Counted from the stretch's first letter, positions 1-12,347 are shown. The stretch: 64,000 bases of DNA from Squalus acanthias (GCA_030390025.1 CM059433.1:28522001-28586000); one strand, 5' to 3'. Notes: generated by a model not told the origin, from the letters alone. Program-made: numbers and translations.

Positions 1-59
1 GACTCCTGTCAGGAACAGACCTCTAGTGGTGGCATGTCTACCATGAGGGCCATGCCGCC

Positions 60-1450
60 ACTAGAAAGATCAGAAAGGTGTGAAGAAACCCTGCGTCTCC
101 TCCAGCATTGCCAGTTGGCATAGCCAACCATGAATCCCAGCCTGTTTGCTTCCAGAGGGGGCACGGTGTGCAGGTGGGCTTGACTTCCTGCCGCATGTTG
201 CATGCGACCTTCCCCTGCCAGAAAGAAGGGAGTGTGTTTGTGGCAGCCTTGTGAGATGTTTTGAGAATGTGCCTGTTGCGGTCGAATAGTGCAGATGTTG
301 TGTGCAAGCTGTTAGATGTGGGGAGATGAGGGTTGCAATCGTGCTGTGAGCAGGAGATGCAGAGTGTGTGGGTAGGAAGGGCTGGAGTGAAGTATGTGCA
401 GTGATTGAAGGAGAGTGAAGGGAAGTGGGGGAAGGGAATGTTGTAAGTCGTGAGGGTGCAATTGGTGTAGGTGTAAGCAGAGAGTAGTTGAGGTGCAATG
501 TAAGATTCTTACCTTGACAACTCTGGTGAGGTTATTAAACTTCTTTCGGCACTGCAGCCATGTCATGGGAGCTAAGCTCCTGGCAGTGACCTCCTCAGCG
601 ACCTCTTCCCACTGGCGGCGGAAGTGTTGCCTGAACATAAGAGCATAAGAAATAGGAGCAGGCATAGGCCATACAGCCACTCGAACCTGCTCCGCCATTC
701 ACTAAGATCATGGCTGAACTTCTACCTCAACTCCACTTTCCCGTCCTAACCCCATATCCCTTGATTCCCTTAGTGCCCAAAAATCTATCGATCTCAGTCT
801 TGAATATACTCAATGACTCAGCATCAACAGCCCTCTGGGGTAGAGAATGCCCAAGATTCACAATCCTCTGAGTGAAGAAATTCCTCCTTATCTCAGTCCT
901 AAATGGCCGATCCCTTATCCTGAGACTATGACCTCTAGTTCTAGACTCTCCAGCCAGGGGAAACAGCCTCTCAGCATCTACCCTGTAAAGCCCTATAAGA
1001 ATTTTATACATTTCAATGAGATCACCTCTCATTCTTCTAAACTCCAGAGAAGATAGACCCAGTCTACTCAATATCTCCTCGTAGGACAGTCAAGGAATCA
1101 GTCGAGTGAACCTTTGTGGCACCCCCTCTAAGGCAAGTATATCCTTCCTTAGGTAAGGGGACCAAAACTGTAGACAATACTCCAGGTGTGGTCTCACCAA
1201 AGCCCCGTACAATTGCAACATGAATTCCTTTACTCTTATACTCCAACGCCCTTGCAATAATGGCTAACATACCATTTGCCTACCTAATTGCTTGCTGTAT
1301 CTGCATGTTGACTTTCTGTGATTCATGTGCAAGGGCTTTCTGTCCCACCCCTGGGCAGGGGGAAGAGGATTCACCCTCCCCCTGTCCACCACCTGGATTA
1401 GGGCCTCCAATGCAGCATTGGAGAACTGGATCTATAGGTCTTGCAGCCAT
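60..1450 (-). pseudogene. Decayed PIF/Harbinger Myb/SANT-like (NAIF1/MSANTD-type) gene, split by a CR1 insertion and carrying a GT-AG intron (215-512)
   Basis: ATG at 1450 gives ...FSNAALEALIQVVD. After the CR1 (634-1330) it reads RQHFRRQWEEVAEEVTARSLAPMTWLQCRKKFNNLTRVVK|gtaaga; acceptor ttctttctggcag is followed by GKVACNMRQE. Homologous to the copy at 36436-37400. Frameshifts and stops are present. Confidence 0.8.
634..1330 (-). mobile_element. 5'-truncated CR1 LINE (ORF2 C-terminus + 3'UTR)
   Basis: ORF 727-1071 ...RRMRGDLIEMYKIL...TRGHSLRI...RRNFFTQRIVNL; tail (TTCTTATG)-like at 634-650. Confidence 0.9.
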
Positions 1451-1949
1451 TTCTCTTCAGAATCTTTTTCCCTCCTCTATGCAGCCACGGTGCACCTCCC
1501 CTTTAAGAGGTGCTGGCTGCCTTTAAGTGTCATGCAGCCTATACATTTTGATATGGCGTGCTGATTAAGGTATATTGTCGCGTACCACTGTGGTAAAAGT
1601 GGCTTCAATTACTTTCTACTTGCTTGAGGCCTAAATCAATGTCAAGTGCAGTAATTTATGCCCATTCTCTGATGGGCTAATACGTGAAATTTCTCACGGA
1701 AGTGTAGCGTGACACATAAGACAAGAAGTTTTATAATCCTTCACTCAAAGTGACAACGCTCTGCGTCATGTCCTCCCTCCCCAGCTGTTGCTCCTCAAAC
1801 CTTCTAACCAGGCATTGACAGTTAAATTGTGCTCATTCTCACCCTGCTGGTGGGCAAAGAAAAAAACCAGGAAACCTGCGTTTTATAAATATAGTTCTGC
1901 CCTAGAAATCCGATTGGACCCGAAATCGGCGCGCAAGGGATCGGGACGA

Positions 1950-2966
1950 CACTTGCACTGCAACAACAACAACAACTTAGCACCTTTAATGTAGTAAAAC
2001 ATCCCAAGATGCTTCACAGGAGTATTATAAGACAAAAAATTTGACACCGAGCCACATAAAGAGAAATTAGGGCAGGTGACCAAAAGCTTGGTCAAAGAGG
2101 TAGGTTTTAAGGAAGACCTTAAATGGGGAAAGAGGTAGAGAGGCAGAGAGGTTTAGGGAGGGAATTCCAGAACTTAGGGCCTAGGCAACAGAAGGCACGG
2201 CCACCAATAGTTGAGCGATTATAATCAGGGGTGCTCAGGAGAGCAGAATTAGAAGAGCGCAGATATCTCGGGGGGTTGTGGGGCTGGAGGAGATTACAGA
2301 GATAGGGAGGGGCGAGGCCTTGGAGGGATTTGAAAACAAGGATGAGAATTTTGGAATCGAGGTGTTGCTTAACCGGGAGTCAAAGTAGGTCAGCGAGCAC
2401 AGGGGTGATGGGTGAACGCGACTTAGGATAAGGGCAGCCGAGTTTTGTATGACCAAGTTTACGTAAGTTAGAATGTGGGAGGCCAGCCAGGAGTGCGTTG
2501 GAATAGTCAAGTCTAGAGGTAACAAAGGTATAGATGAGGGTTTCAGCAGCAGATGAGCTGAGGCAAGGGCGGTGACAGGCGATGTTACGGCGATGTAAAT
2601 AGGCGGTCTTTGTTATGCTGCGGATACGTGGTTGGAAGCTCATTTCAGGGTCAAATATGACGCCAAGGTTGCGAACAGTGTGGTTCAGCCTGAGACAGAT
2701 GTTAGGGAGAGGGATGAATGAGGGTTTCAGCAGCGGATGAGCTGAGGCAAGGGCGGAGATGGGCGATACTACGGAGTTGGAAATAAGTGGTCTTTGTTAT
2801 GCCGTGAATATGTGGTCCGAAGCTCATTTCAGGGTCAAATATGACATCAAGGTTGCGAACAGTCTGGTTCAGCCTGAGACAGATGTTAGGGAGAGGGATG
2901 AAGTCAATGGCTAGGGAACGGAGTTTGTGGCGGGGACCAAAAACAATGGCTTGGGTCTTCCCAATG
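1950..2966 (-). mobile_element. L2 LINE 3' fragment with an internal 184-bp tandem duplication
   Basis: AETLIYTFVTSRLDYSNALLAGLP motif; tail with (CAA)n at 1961-1976; 2534-2717 is repeated at 2718-2901. Confidence 0.9.
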
Positions 2967-3095
2967 GTCCCTGAGCCCTGCACAGTCTGTGCGGGCTCGG
3001 GGAACCATGTGAAATTGGCACTGGCGGCTCATTATAATTGGTTTGCACATCAGACGTTTTTCCACTGCCAGTACGCAGCCTCACTCGTGGTGAGC

Positions 3096-5887
3096 ACAGG
3101 CAAGGAAATTGGGACCATAGGCCAGGAAATTGGGATACAGGCCAGGAAATTGGGACTACAGGCCAGGAAATTGGAGCTACAGATAAGGAAATTGGGACTA
3201 CAGGTCAGGAAATTGGGGCTACAGGCCAGGAAATTGGAGCTACAGATAAGGAAATTGGGACTACAGGCCAGGAAATTGGGACTACAGGCCAGGAAATTGG
3301 AGCTACAGATAAGGAAATTGGAGCTACAGATAAGGAAATTGGGACTACAGGCCAGGAAATTGGGACTACAGGCCAGGAAATTGGAGCTACAGATCAGGAA
3401 ATTGGGACTACAGGCCAGGAAATTGGGACTACAGGTCAGGAAATTGGAGCTACAGGCCAGGAAATTGGAGCTACAGGCCAGGAAATTGGAGCTACAGGCC
3501 AGGAAATTGGGACTACAGATCAGGAAATTGGGACTACAGGTCAGGAAACTGGAGCTACAGGCCAGGAAATTGGGGCTACAGGCCAGGAAATTGGGGCTAC
3601 AGGCCAGGAAATTGGAGCTACAGATCAGGAAATTGGAGCTACAGATCAGGAAATTGGGGCTACAGGCCAGGAAATTGGGACTACAGATCAGGAAATTGGA
3701 GCTACAGATCAGGAAATTGGGGCTACAGGCCAGGAAATTGGAGCTACAGATCAGGAAATTGGAGCTACAGGCCAGGAAATTGGAGCTACAGGCCAGGAAA
3801 TTGGAGCTACAGGCCAGGAAATTGGGACTACAGATCAGGAAATTGGGACTACAGGTCAGGAAACTGGAGCTACAGGCCAGGAAATTGGAGCTACAGATCA
3901 GGAAATTGGGACTACAGGCCAGGAAATTGGAGCTACAGATCAGGAAATTGGAGCTACAGGCCAGGAAATTGGGACTACAGGTCAGGAAATTGGGACTACA
4001 GGCCAGGAAATTGGGGCTACAGGCCAGGAAATTGGAGCTACAGGCCAGGAAATTGGGACTACAGATCAGGAAATTGGAGCTACAGATCAGGAAATTGGGG
4101 CTACAGGTCAGGAAATTGGAGCTACAGATCAGGAAATTGGAGCTACAGGCCAGGAAATTGGAGCTACAGGCCAGGAAATTGGAGCTACAGGCCAGGAAAT
4201 TGGGACTACAGATCAGGAAATTGGGACTACAGGTCAGGAAACTGGAGCTACAGGCCAGGAAATTGGGGCTACAGGCCAGGAAATTGGGGCTACAGGCCAG
4301 GAAATTGGAGCTACAGATCAGGAAATTGGGGCTACAGGCCAGGAAATTGGGACTACAGATCAGGAAATTGGGACTACAGATCAGGAAATTGGAGCTACAG
4401 ATCAGGAAATTGGGGCTACAGGCCAGGAAATTGGGACTACAGATCAGGAAATTGGAGCTACAGATCAGGAAATTGGGACTACAGGCCAGGAAACTGGGGA
4501 TACAGGCCAGGAAATTGGAGCTACAGGCCAGGAAATTGGGGCTACAGGCCAGGAAATTAGGACTACAGGCCAGGAAATTGGGACAACAGGCCAGGAAATT
4601 GGAGCTACACGCCAGGAAATTGGAGCTACAGATCAGGAAATTGGAGCTGCAGGCCAGGAAATTGGGACTACAGGTCAGGAAATTGGGACTACAGATCAGG
4701 AAATTGGGGCTACAGGTCAGGAAATTGGGACTACAGGTCAGGAAATTTGGACTACAGATCAGGAAATTGGGGCTACAGGTCAGGAAATTGGAGCTACAGG
4801 CCAGGAAATTGGGACTACAGGCCAGGAAATTGGGACTACAGATCAGGAAATTGGGGCTACAGGTCAGGAAATTGGGACTACAGGTCAGGAAATTGGGACT
4901 ACAGATCAGGAAATTGGGGCTACAGGTCAGGAAATTGGAGCTACAGGCCAGGAAATTGGGACTACAGGCCAGGAAATTGGGACTACAGGTCAGGAAATTG
5001 GGGCTACAGGTCAGGAAATTGGGACTACAGGCCAGGAAATTGGAGCTACAGGCCAGGAAATTGGGACTACAGGTCAGGAAATTGGGACTACAGGTCAGGA
5101 AATTGGGACTACAGGTCAGGAAATTGGGACTACAGGTCAGGAAATTGGAGCTACAGGCCAGGAAATTGGGACTACAGGTCAGGAAATTGGAGCTACAGGT
5201 CAGGAAATTGGAGCTACAGGCCAGGAAATTGGGACTACAGGTCAGGAAATTGGGACTACAGGTCAGGAAATTGGAGCTACAGGTCAGGAAATTGGGACTA
5301 CAGGCCAGGAAATTGGGACTACAGGTCAGGAAATTGGGAGCTACAGGTCAGGAAATTGGGACTACAGGCCAGGAAATTGGGACTACAGATCAGGAAATTG
5401 GGACTACAGGCCAGGAAATTGGGACTACAGGCCAGGAAATTGGGACTACAGGTCAGGAAATTGGAGCTACAGGCCAGGAAATTGGGACTACAGATCAGGA
5501 AATTGGGACTACAGATCAGGAAATTGGGACTACAGGCCAGGAAATTGGGACTACAGGCCAGGAAATTGGGACTACAGATCAGGAAATTGGGACTACAGGC
5601 CAGGAAATTGGAGCTACAGGCCAGGAAATTGGGACTACAGGCCAGGAAATTGGGGACTACAGGCCAGGAAATTGGGGATACAGATCAGGAAATTGGAGCT
5701 ACAGATCAGGAAATTGGAGCTACAGGCCAGGAAATTGGGGATACAGGCCAGGAAATTGGGGATACAGGCCAGGAAATTGGAGCTACAGGCCAGGAAATTG
5801 GGGATACAGGCCAGGAAATTGGGGATACAGTTCAGGAAATTGGGGATACAGTTCAGGAAATTGGGGCTACAGGCCAGGAAATTTGGG
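3096..5887. repeat. 21-bp minisatellite, about 133 units (GGCCAGGAAATTGG[G/A][A/G]CTACA)
   Basis: Directly visible tandem array with variant units (GATAAGG, GATCAGG, GGTCAGG, AAACTGG, GGGGATACAG). Confidence 0.98.
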
Positions 5888-6883
5888 CGCACACATTTCT
5901 GGGTGGGAGGGGGGTGCTGCAATCGCAGTGATCAATCCACGGGGCCACATTAACATCGAGCTGGCAAGCTACGGACATTAACAGGCAAATTGTTAAAGGG
6001 GACCAGGAAGGGTCGGGTCGAAAGGATTGGGTCAGGAGTTAGAGTTGGCCGGGGAGCAGGGGTGGTTTGGGGGTGGGGTGGTAGCATTGGCTACGTGGTC
6101 GAACTTCTAGGCCATAGTGTTATAGTCGTAGCTCTGGACCTGCCTTCACTACTAGTGAAGCTTCCACCGACAGTGCAGATTTTCAAAATTGCCTCTGATG
6201 ACTCGTCTTTTGAAGGCAGTTTGCTTGTAGTAATAATGTTTACATCAGCTCTTTCAAAGAGCCGGCACAGGAATGGCCTCCTTCTGTGCTGTATCATTCT
6301 ATGATTCTATGAAACCTCAACAGCTGGCAACAACAACTATTGATGCTATCCTCTTTGCTTCTGTAATAGAAAAGGCATTCTTTAAGGACTTGCTACAGTT
6401 GACTGGCCAGCATGATCTAAGCCAAAGGGTGCAACATACATCAGCTGTGTCACTTGGTGCTAAATCAGGTCTCTGTGAAAAAACACCTCTATAAACGACC
6501 CGACAAGCAATAGATGCTGCTGGAGACTGAAGCAATCAGAGAGATGTCTCGGCTCCCAAAGAGCCTTTAGGCTCCCAAAGAGCCTTAAAGGCGCTGTATA
6601 AATAAACATTGTTGTTGTTGTAAAGACCTCGAATGTTTATCACTTTATACAATGTACCTATTAGAACCAAGAAATGTAATCTCATTTATAGTGCATTTTG
6701 GTACTTATCTGTCATCGAGAATAACAAATCAGTTTTGTTCACAGTTCTCCTTCAATCTGCATTGATCCAAGATCATTTGTGGTACATCGTGCTGCAGCTC
6801 AGAGCGGTGCTGAATATGAGCATGAATTAGGGTGAAGTTACTGCAGTTGGGTTAAAAAAACCAACAACTTGCAGGAGAGTAAT

Positions 6884-7199
6884 CAGACAAAATTTGACAC
6901 CGAGCCACTTAGGGAGATATTAGGACAGGTGACCAGCTTGGTCATAGAGTTAGGTTTTAAGGAGTGTCTTAAAGGAAGAGAGAGAGGTAGAGAGGAGGAG
7001 AGGTTTAGGGAGGGAATTCCAGAGCTTAGGGCCTCTCACAGCTGAAGGCACGGCCGCCAATGGTGGAGCGATGAAAAATCGGGGATGCAGAAGAGGCCAG
7101 AATTGAAGGCGCGCAAAGATCTCGGAGGGTTCTAGGAGGTTACAGAGATAAGGAGGGGCGAGGCCATGGAGGGATTGGAAAACAAAAATGAGGATTTTT
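6884..7199 (-). mobile_element. L2 LINE 3' fragment
   Basis: Matches the L2 3' region at 2030-2350 (gacaccgagccac...ggtcaaagaggtaggttttaagg). Confidence 0.8.
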
Positions 7200-7336
7200 A
7201 ATAAGTAAGTTGCTCAATAGTGTAGCTTGATAAATGGACTCCCAGTTGTTCGATCTACTGCAGCAATATGGAAGTAAATCTGAACTATAGTCAGCCGCGT
7301 CTTAATGTTTGTAACAACGTATAAATGAGAGTGTTG

Positions 7337-7720
7337 TGTTTGACACCGTGATGAGCTTCCGACCACATATCCGTTCCATCACCAAGACTGCCTACTTCCA
7401 CCTCCGTAACATTGCCCAACTCCGACCCTGCCTCAACTCATCTGCTACTGAAACCCTCATCCAGGCCTTTGTTACTTCTAGACTTGACTATTCCAATGCT
7501 CTCTTGGCTGGCCTCCCATCTTCCACCCTACATAAACTTGTGCTCATCCAAAACTCTGCTGCCCATATCTTAACTCGCTTCAACCGTTCACCCATCACCC
7601 CTGTTCTTGCTGACCTTCACTAGCTCCCGGTCCAACAACGCCTCAATTTAAAAATCCTCATCCTTGTTTTCAAATCCCTCCAAGGCCTCGCCCCTCCCTA
7701 TCTCTGCAACCTCCTCCACC
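7337..7720 (+). mobile_element. L2 LINE ORF2 fragment
   Basis: MSFRPHIRSITKTAYFHLRNIAQLRPCL...FVTSRLDYSNALLAGLP. Confidence 0.85.
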
Positions 7721-8010
7721 TGACTTCATCTAACCCGATCAGCATATCCTCCTATTCCTTTCTCTCTCATGTACTTATCTAGCTGCCCCTTAAATACACC
7801 TATGTTATTTGCTTCATCTACTCCATGTGGTAGCAAGTTTCACATTCTAACCACTGTTTGGGTAAAGAAGTTTCTCCTGAATTCCCTATTGGATTTATTA
7901 GTAACCATCTTATATTTATGACCCAGAGTTTTGATCTTCCCCACAAGTGGAAACGTCTTCGCTACGTCTACTCTATCGAACCCTTTCGTAATTTTAAAGA
8001 CCTCTATCAT
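7721..8010 (-). mobile_element. CR1 LINE 3' fragment
   Basis: Reverse-complement match to the CR1 at 35450-35730. Confidence 0.75.
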
Positions 8011-8271
8011 GATAGTTAGAACCTCTCAGTTCTGGTTCACGGACTCAAGATGGTGGCTCACCACCATCTTCTGAGGGCAACCAGGGATGGGCAATAAATG
8101 CTGGCCTTGCCAGCAACGCCCACAACCCCAGAATGAATAAATTTAAAGTAATTCATTAATTGTCCTCCCTACATTTTCACCTTTTAATGAACAGTAAGTG
8201 ACAATTCCAGTCACTTGCTGCTACAGTATCCAACACCACAAGAAGAAAGAAAGAGAAAAGAATGACTGACT

Positions 8272-8732
8272 GACTTGCATTTATATAGCACCAATTCACG
8301 ACCACCTGACATCCCAAAGCGCTTTACATCAAATGAAGTACTTTTGAAGTGTAGTCACTGTTGTAATGTAGGAAACGCGGCAGCCAATTTGCGCACAGGA
8401 AACTCCCGCAAACAGCAATGTGATAATGACCAGATAAACTGTTTTTAGTGATGTTGGTTGAGGGATAAATATTGGCCCTGGGACACCAGGGAGAACTCCT
8501 CTGCTCTTCTTCAAAATGGTGCCATGGGATCTTGTACATCCACCTGAGAGAGCAGACAGGGCCTCGGTTTAACGTCTCATCCAAAAGACAGCACCTCTGA
8601 CAGTGCAGCACTCCATCAGCACTGCACTGAAGTGTCAGCCTAGATTTTTGTGCTCAAGTCCCTGGAGTGGGACTTGACCCCCACAACTTTCTGACTCAGA
8701 GGTGAGAGTGCGACCCACTGAGCCACTGGCTG
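8272..8732 (-). mobile_element. tRNA-derived DeuSINE (SacSINE1-like)
   Basis: tRNA-like head (GGCTCAGTGGG...GTCAAGTCCC), Deu-like core (tgctgcactgtc...ggatgagacgttaaaccgagg) and L2-like tail gctatataaatgcaag. Confidence 0.85.
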
Positions 8733-8759
8733 ACCAGAAGGACATTCCTGAGTGCAAAG

Positions 8760-9211
8760 TGCAGCACCTCTGCAACCACATTTTATTTCACTGCAGGTGA
8801 ACTGTGTGCATTACTATTGCTGGTGCTGAACTGAGGCCCCTCTCAGTGGCTGATTTTATACAGTTCCATTTGGCTGCATTCTTCCCATAAACCTTTATAT
8901 TGCTTCTTCATCACCCAATCCCTTTTTCAACAATTGCGATCCAATTTTTGCCTGAACATTTTTCTTTCAATCATTTCCTTTATGTATCTTGTGCCTCCAG
9001 TTTTTTTTTTTGTGCCTCCTCCAGCAAGTTGCGTCGCTAGTGTTTGAGAAGGTGGTGGGACCGTCTGAAGGATGCATTGAGCATGGATGGAGCTGGTGGT
9101 CTTTTCATCTATTCATATTCTGCCACTTTCAACCATCACTTCAACAAGGTTTTGCCGTCAACCCATCTCCTCCGATAGCGCAGTTAATGAATTTTTCCTT
9201 TCCATTTTCTG
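8760..9211 (-). other. Candidate 3'-terminal exon of an unidentified, probably non-coding transcript
   Basis: Minus strand reads branch-like CTAAT + tttatttcttattttctttttgCAG|CAG (NAGNAG acceptor at 9211/9208), and AATAAA lies at 8782-8787. Sequence is non-repetitive; there is no transcript evidence. Confidence 0.3.
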
Positions 9212-9524
9212 CTGCAAAAAGAAAATAAGAAATAAATTAGGTCATTGTAGAAAGAATGGTTTGCAGTAGCACCTGATTCGAGCAAAGGCAAAGAATATCT
9301 AACTGACACCAAACACTGGAAAGCTGAAAATCTGAAATAAAAACAGAAATTGCTAGAAGCACACAGCATCTGCAGAGAAAAGATGGGTTAACCTTTCAAC
9401 TACAGGCTCTTAGAACTGTACCTTGTACCATCTTTCAGTTGGCAGAAAAGCAATCAACGAGCTAGAAATGTGAAAAATAACTGCTCTTATGAAAATATGC
9501 TTTGCAGAGTTTAGAAATCAGAGA

Positions 9525-9766
9525 ATCATAGAAATATACCCCATAGAAGGAGGCCTTTTGGCCCATTGTGCCTGTGACGGCTCTTTGAAAGAGCTATCCA
9601 ATTAGTCCCACGGCCCTGCCCTTTCCCCATAGCCCTGCAAATTTTTCCCTTCAAGTATATATTCAATTCCCTTTTGAAAGTTATTATTGAATCTGCTTCC
9701 ATTGCCCTTTCAGGCAGTGCATTCCAGATCATAACAACTTGCTGTGTAAATTCTTTTTTCCTCATG
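9525..9766 (-). mobile_element. CR1 LINE 3' end
   Basis: ...IWNALPERAMEADSIITFKREL; tail ctatgattct. Confidence 0.8.
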
Positions 9767-10342
9767 TCATAGAATCATAGAAATTTACCACAGACGGTGC
9801 TGGCCGAAAAAGAACTGTCCAGCCTAATCCCACTTTCCAGCTCTTGGTCCGTAGCCTTGTAGTTTACGGCACTTCAAGTGCATATTCAAGTACTTTTTAA
9901 ATGTGATGAGGGTTTCTGCCTCTACCACCCTTTCAGGCAGTGAGTTCCAGACCCCCACCACCCTCTGGGTGAAAAAAATTCTCCTCAACTCCCCTCTAAT
10001 CCTTCTACCAATTACTTTAAATCTATGTCCCCTGTTTATTGACCTCTCTGCAAAGGGAAATAGGTCCCTATTCACTCTATCTAGGCCCCTCATAATTTTA
10101 TACACCTCTATTTGGTCTCCCCTCAGCCTCCTCTGTTCCAAAGAAAACAACCCCAGCCTATCCAATTCTTCCTCAAAGCTAAAATTCTCCAGTCCTGGCA
10201 ACGTCCTCATAAATCTCCTCTGTACCCTCTCTAGTGCAATCACATCCTTCCTGTAATGTGATGACCAGAACTGCATGCAGTACGCTAGCTGTGACCTAAC
10301 TAGTGTTTTATGTAGTTCTAGCATAACCTCCCTGCTCTTATA

Positions 10343-10691
10343 AAAAAGTAAAAATTTTAAAGCTTATCGTTTTACATACAGACGGCAGCTTTTGACACGT
10401 TAGACCCCCTGCGACTCCACCTCATTGTCTCAGTTGTATCTTGCTATGTCTTTGATGTGGTACCTTCCTGGCTGACCTGATTAACTTTATCATACCTCGG
10501 CAGATAAACAGTCAGGATGATTTAATTTAGTTGTCTGCAATTGTAAGGTACACATGCATTGTTCTCTATCTATATATGCTTTGGCGATTCTGTATCTCTT
10601 TACTTCACCCGACGAAGGAGTAGTAACTCCGAAAGCTTGTGATTTCAAATAAAACTGTTGGACTATAACCTGGTGTTGTGCGACCTCTCAA
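10343..10691 (+). mobile_element. Penelope-like element terminal (pLTR) fragment inserted in CR1
   Basis: Flanked by TCTTATA direct repeats (10336-10342, 10692-10698), and the CR1 is contiguous across it. Contains a hammerhead motif followed by aaataaaactgttggactataacctggtgttgtgcga, shared with 49085-49238. PLE assignment is by family recognition. Confidence 0.7.
10605..10642 (+). ncRNA. Minimal type I hammerhead ribozyme-like motif
   Basis: TCAC-CCGACGA-A-GGAG(tagtaa)CTCC-GAAA-GC-TT-GTGA: stem I TCAC/GTGA, CUGANGA box with a U>C change, stem II, GAAA, and palindromic AAGCTT in place of stem III. Confidence 0.6.
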
Positions 10692-11872
10692 TCTTATATT
10701 CTATGCCTTGGCTAATAAAGGAAAGTCTCCTATATGCCTTCTTAACCACCTTATCTACCTGTCCTGCTGCCTTCAGGGATCTGTGGACTCCAAAGTCCCG
10801 TTGTTCCTCTACACGTCTCAATTTACTATCATTTATTGTGTATTCCCTTGCCTTGTTTTCCCTCCCCAAATGCATTACCTCACACTTCTCTGGATTGAAT
10901 TCCATTTGCCACTTTTCTGTCCACCTGACTAGTCCATTGATATCTTCCTGCAGTTTACAGCTTTCTTCCTTACTATCAACCACACGGCCAATTTTTTGTA
11001 TCATCTGCAAACTTCTTAATCATGCCCCCTATATTTAAGTCTAAATCATTAATATACACCACAAAAAGCAAGGAACTTAGTACTGAGCCCTGCAGAACCC
11101 CACTGGAAACAGCCTTTCAGGCACAAAAAACACCCGTCAACCATTACCCTTTGCTTCCTGCCACTGAACCACTTTTGAATCCAACTTGCCACTTTGCCTT
11201 GGATCTCATAGACTTTTACTTTTCTGACCAGTCTACCATGTGGGACCTTGTCGAAAGCCTTGCTAAAATCCATGTAGACTACATCAAATGCTACCCTCAT
11301 CGACTCTCCTTGTTACCTCCTCAAAAAATTCATCAAGTTAGTCAGACACGACCTACCCTTAACAAATCCATGCTGACTGTCCTTGATTAATCCGTGCCTT
11401 TCTAAATGACGATTAATACTGTAGCTCAGAATTTTTTCCAATAATTTGCCTACCTGTAATTACTCGCTCTATCCCTTTCTCCCTTTTTAAACAACGGTAT
11501 AACGTTAGCAGTTCTCCAGTCCTCTGGCACCATGCCTGTAGCCAGAGAGAATTGTAAAATGATGGTCAGAGTTTCCACTATTTCCTCCCTTGCTTCTCTT
11601 AACAGCTTGGGATACATTTCATCCGGGCCTGGCGATTTATCTACTTTCAAGGATGCTAAACCCCTTAATATTTCATCTCTCACTATGTTTATCCCATCCA
11701 ATATTTCACACTCCTCCTCAACTACAATGTCTACATCATCCCTCTCTTTTGTGAAGACAGACGCAAAGTATTCATTAAGAAACATACCCACGTCTTCCAC
11801 CTCTACACACAGGTTACCTTTTTGGTCTCTACTAGGCCCTACTCTTTCCTTAGATATCCTCTTGCTCTTTAT

Positions 11873-12340
11873 GGCCCAGAAATTGGGATACGTACCGCCA
11901 CGAGTTACCACAGCAATCGTGGAAAAAAATGGCGGCTGCCACTCTAATGCCCTTCTCTGGCACGGGACTTGGCGGCTGCCATTTTGGTGAGGGCTTGAGC
12001 ACTACCGATACCAGCGCTGGCCCTGGAGATGCAAATATGGAGAATGGGATGTCAGTCGGTGTGCACCGCTGACTTATTGTCACGCTCTGTGAACTTGGAC
12101 CTTTAGCGCTGGGTCCTAAGCTCGCTCTGAAAAGTGAGCGTGCAGAAGACTGACAGAGACGCTGTCAGCACTTCTTAAGGGGACACACACATCTTTCAGG
12201 TAAGTTTGCATTTAAGCTTTTGGACTGGATTTTTTATATTTTATTGAAGTAGTGGCTTGGAGCAATACATGTTAAAAGTTTTTTTTAAGAGTGCATGGAG
12301 TGCTGCTGGAACCTTGCAAGGCCTCAGATGGTAAAGGAAA
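11873..12340. mobile_element. Left portion of a Harbinger-type MITE inserted in CR1
   Basis: Begins GGCCCAGAAATTGG like other MITE termini here, is GC-rich and interrupts CR1 ORF2. Right TIR not found. Confidence 0.55.
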
Positions 12341-12347
12341 GCCCCTG

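Noticed and set aside
3096..5887. CRISPR-like array
   Set aside because: No unique spacers and no cas genes; vertebrate context.
2841..5981. 1046-aa, 971-aa and 394-aa ORFs with LQARKLG / TGQEIGA / YRPGNWD repeats, resembling antifreeze or ice-nucleation proteins
   Set aside because: The 21-bp unit lacks stops in all three forward frames; the ORFs switch repeat phase at 1-bp indels, and the longest one starts in antisense L2. No coding constraint is visible.
6551..6590. 19-bp duplicated mini-hairpin GGCTCCCAAAGAGCC
   Set aside because: A short local duplication with no supporting context.
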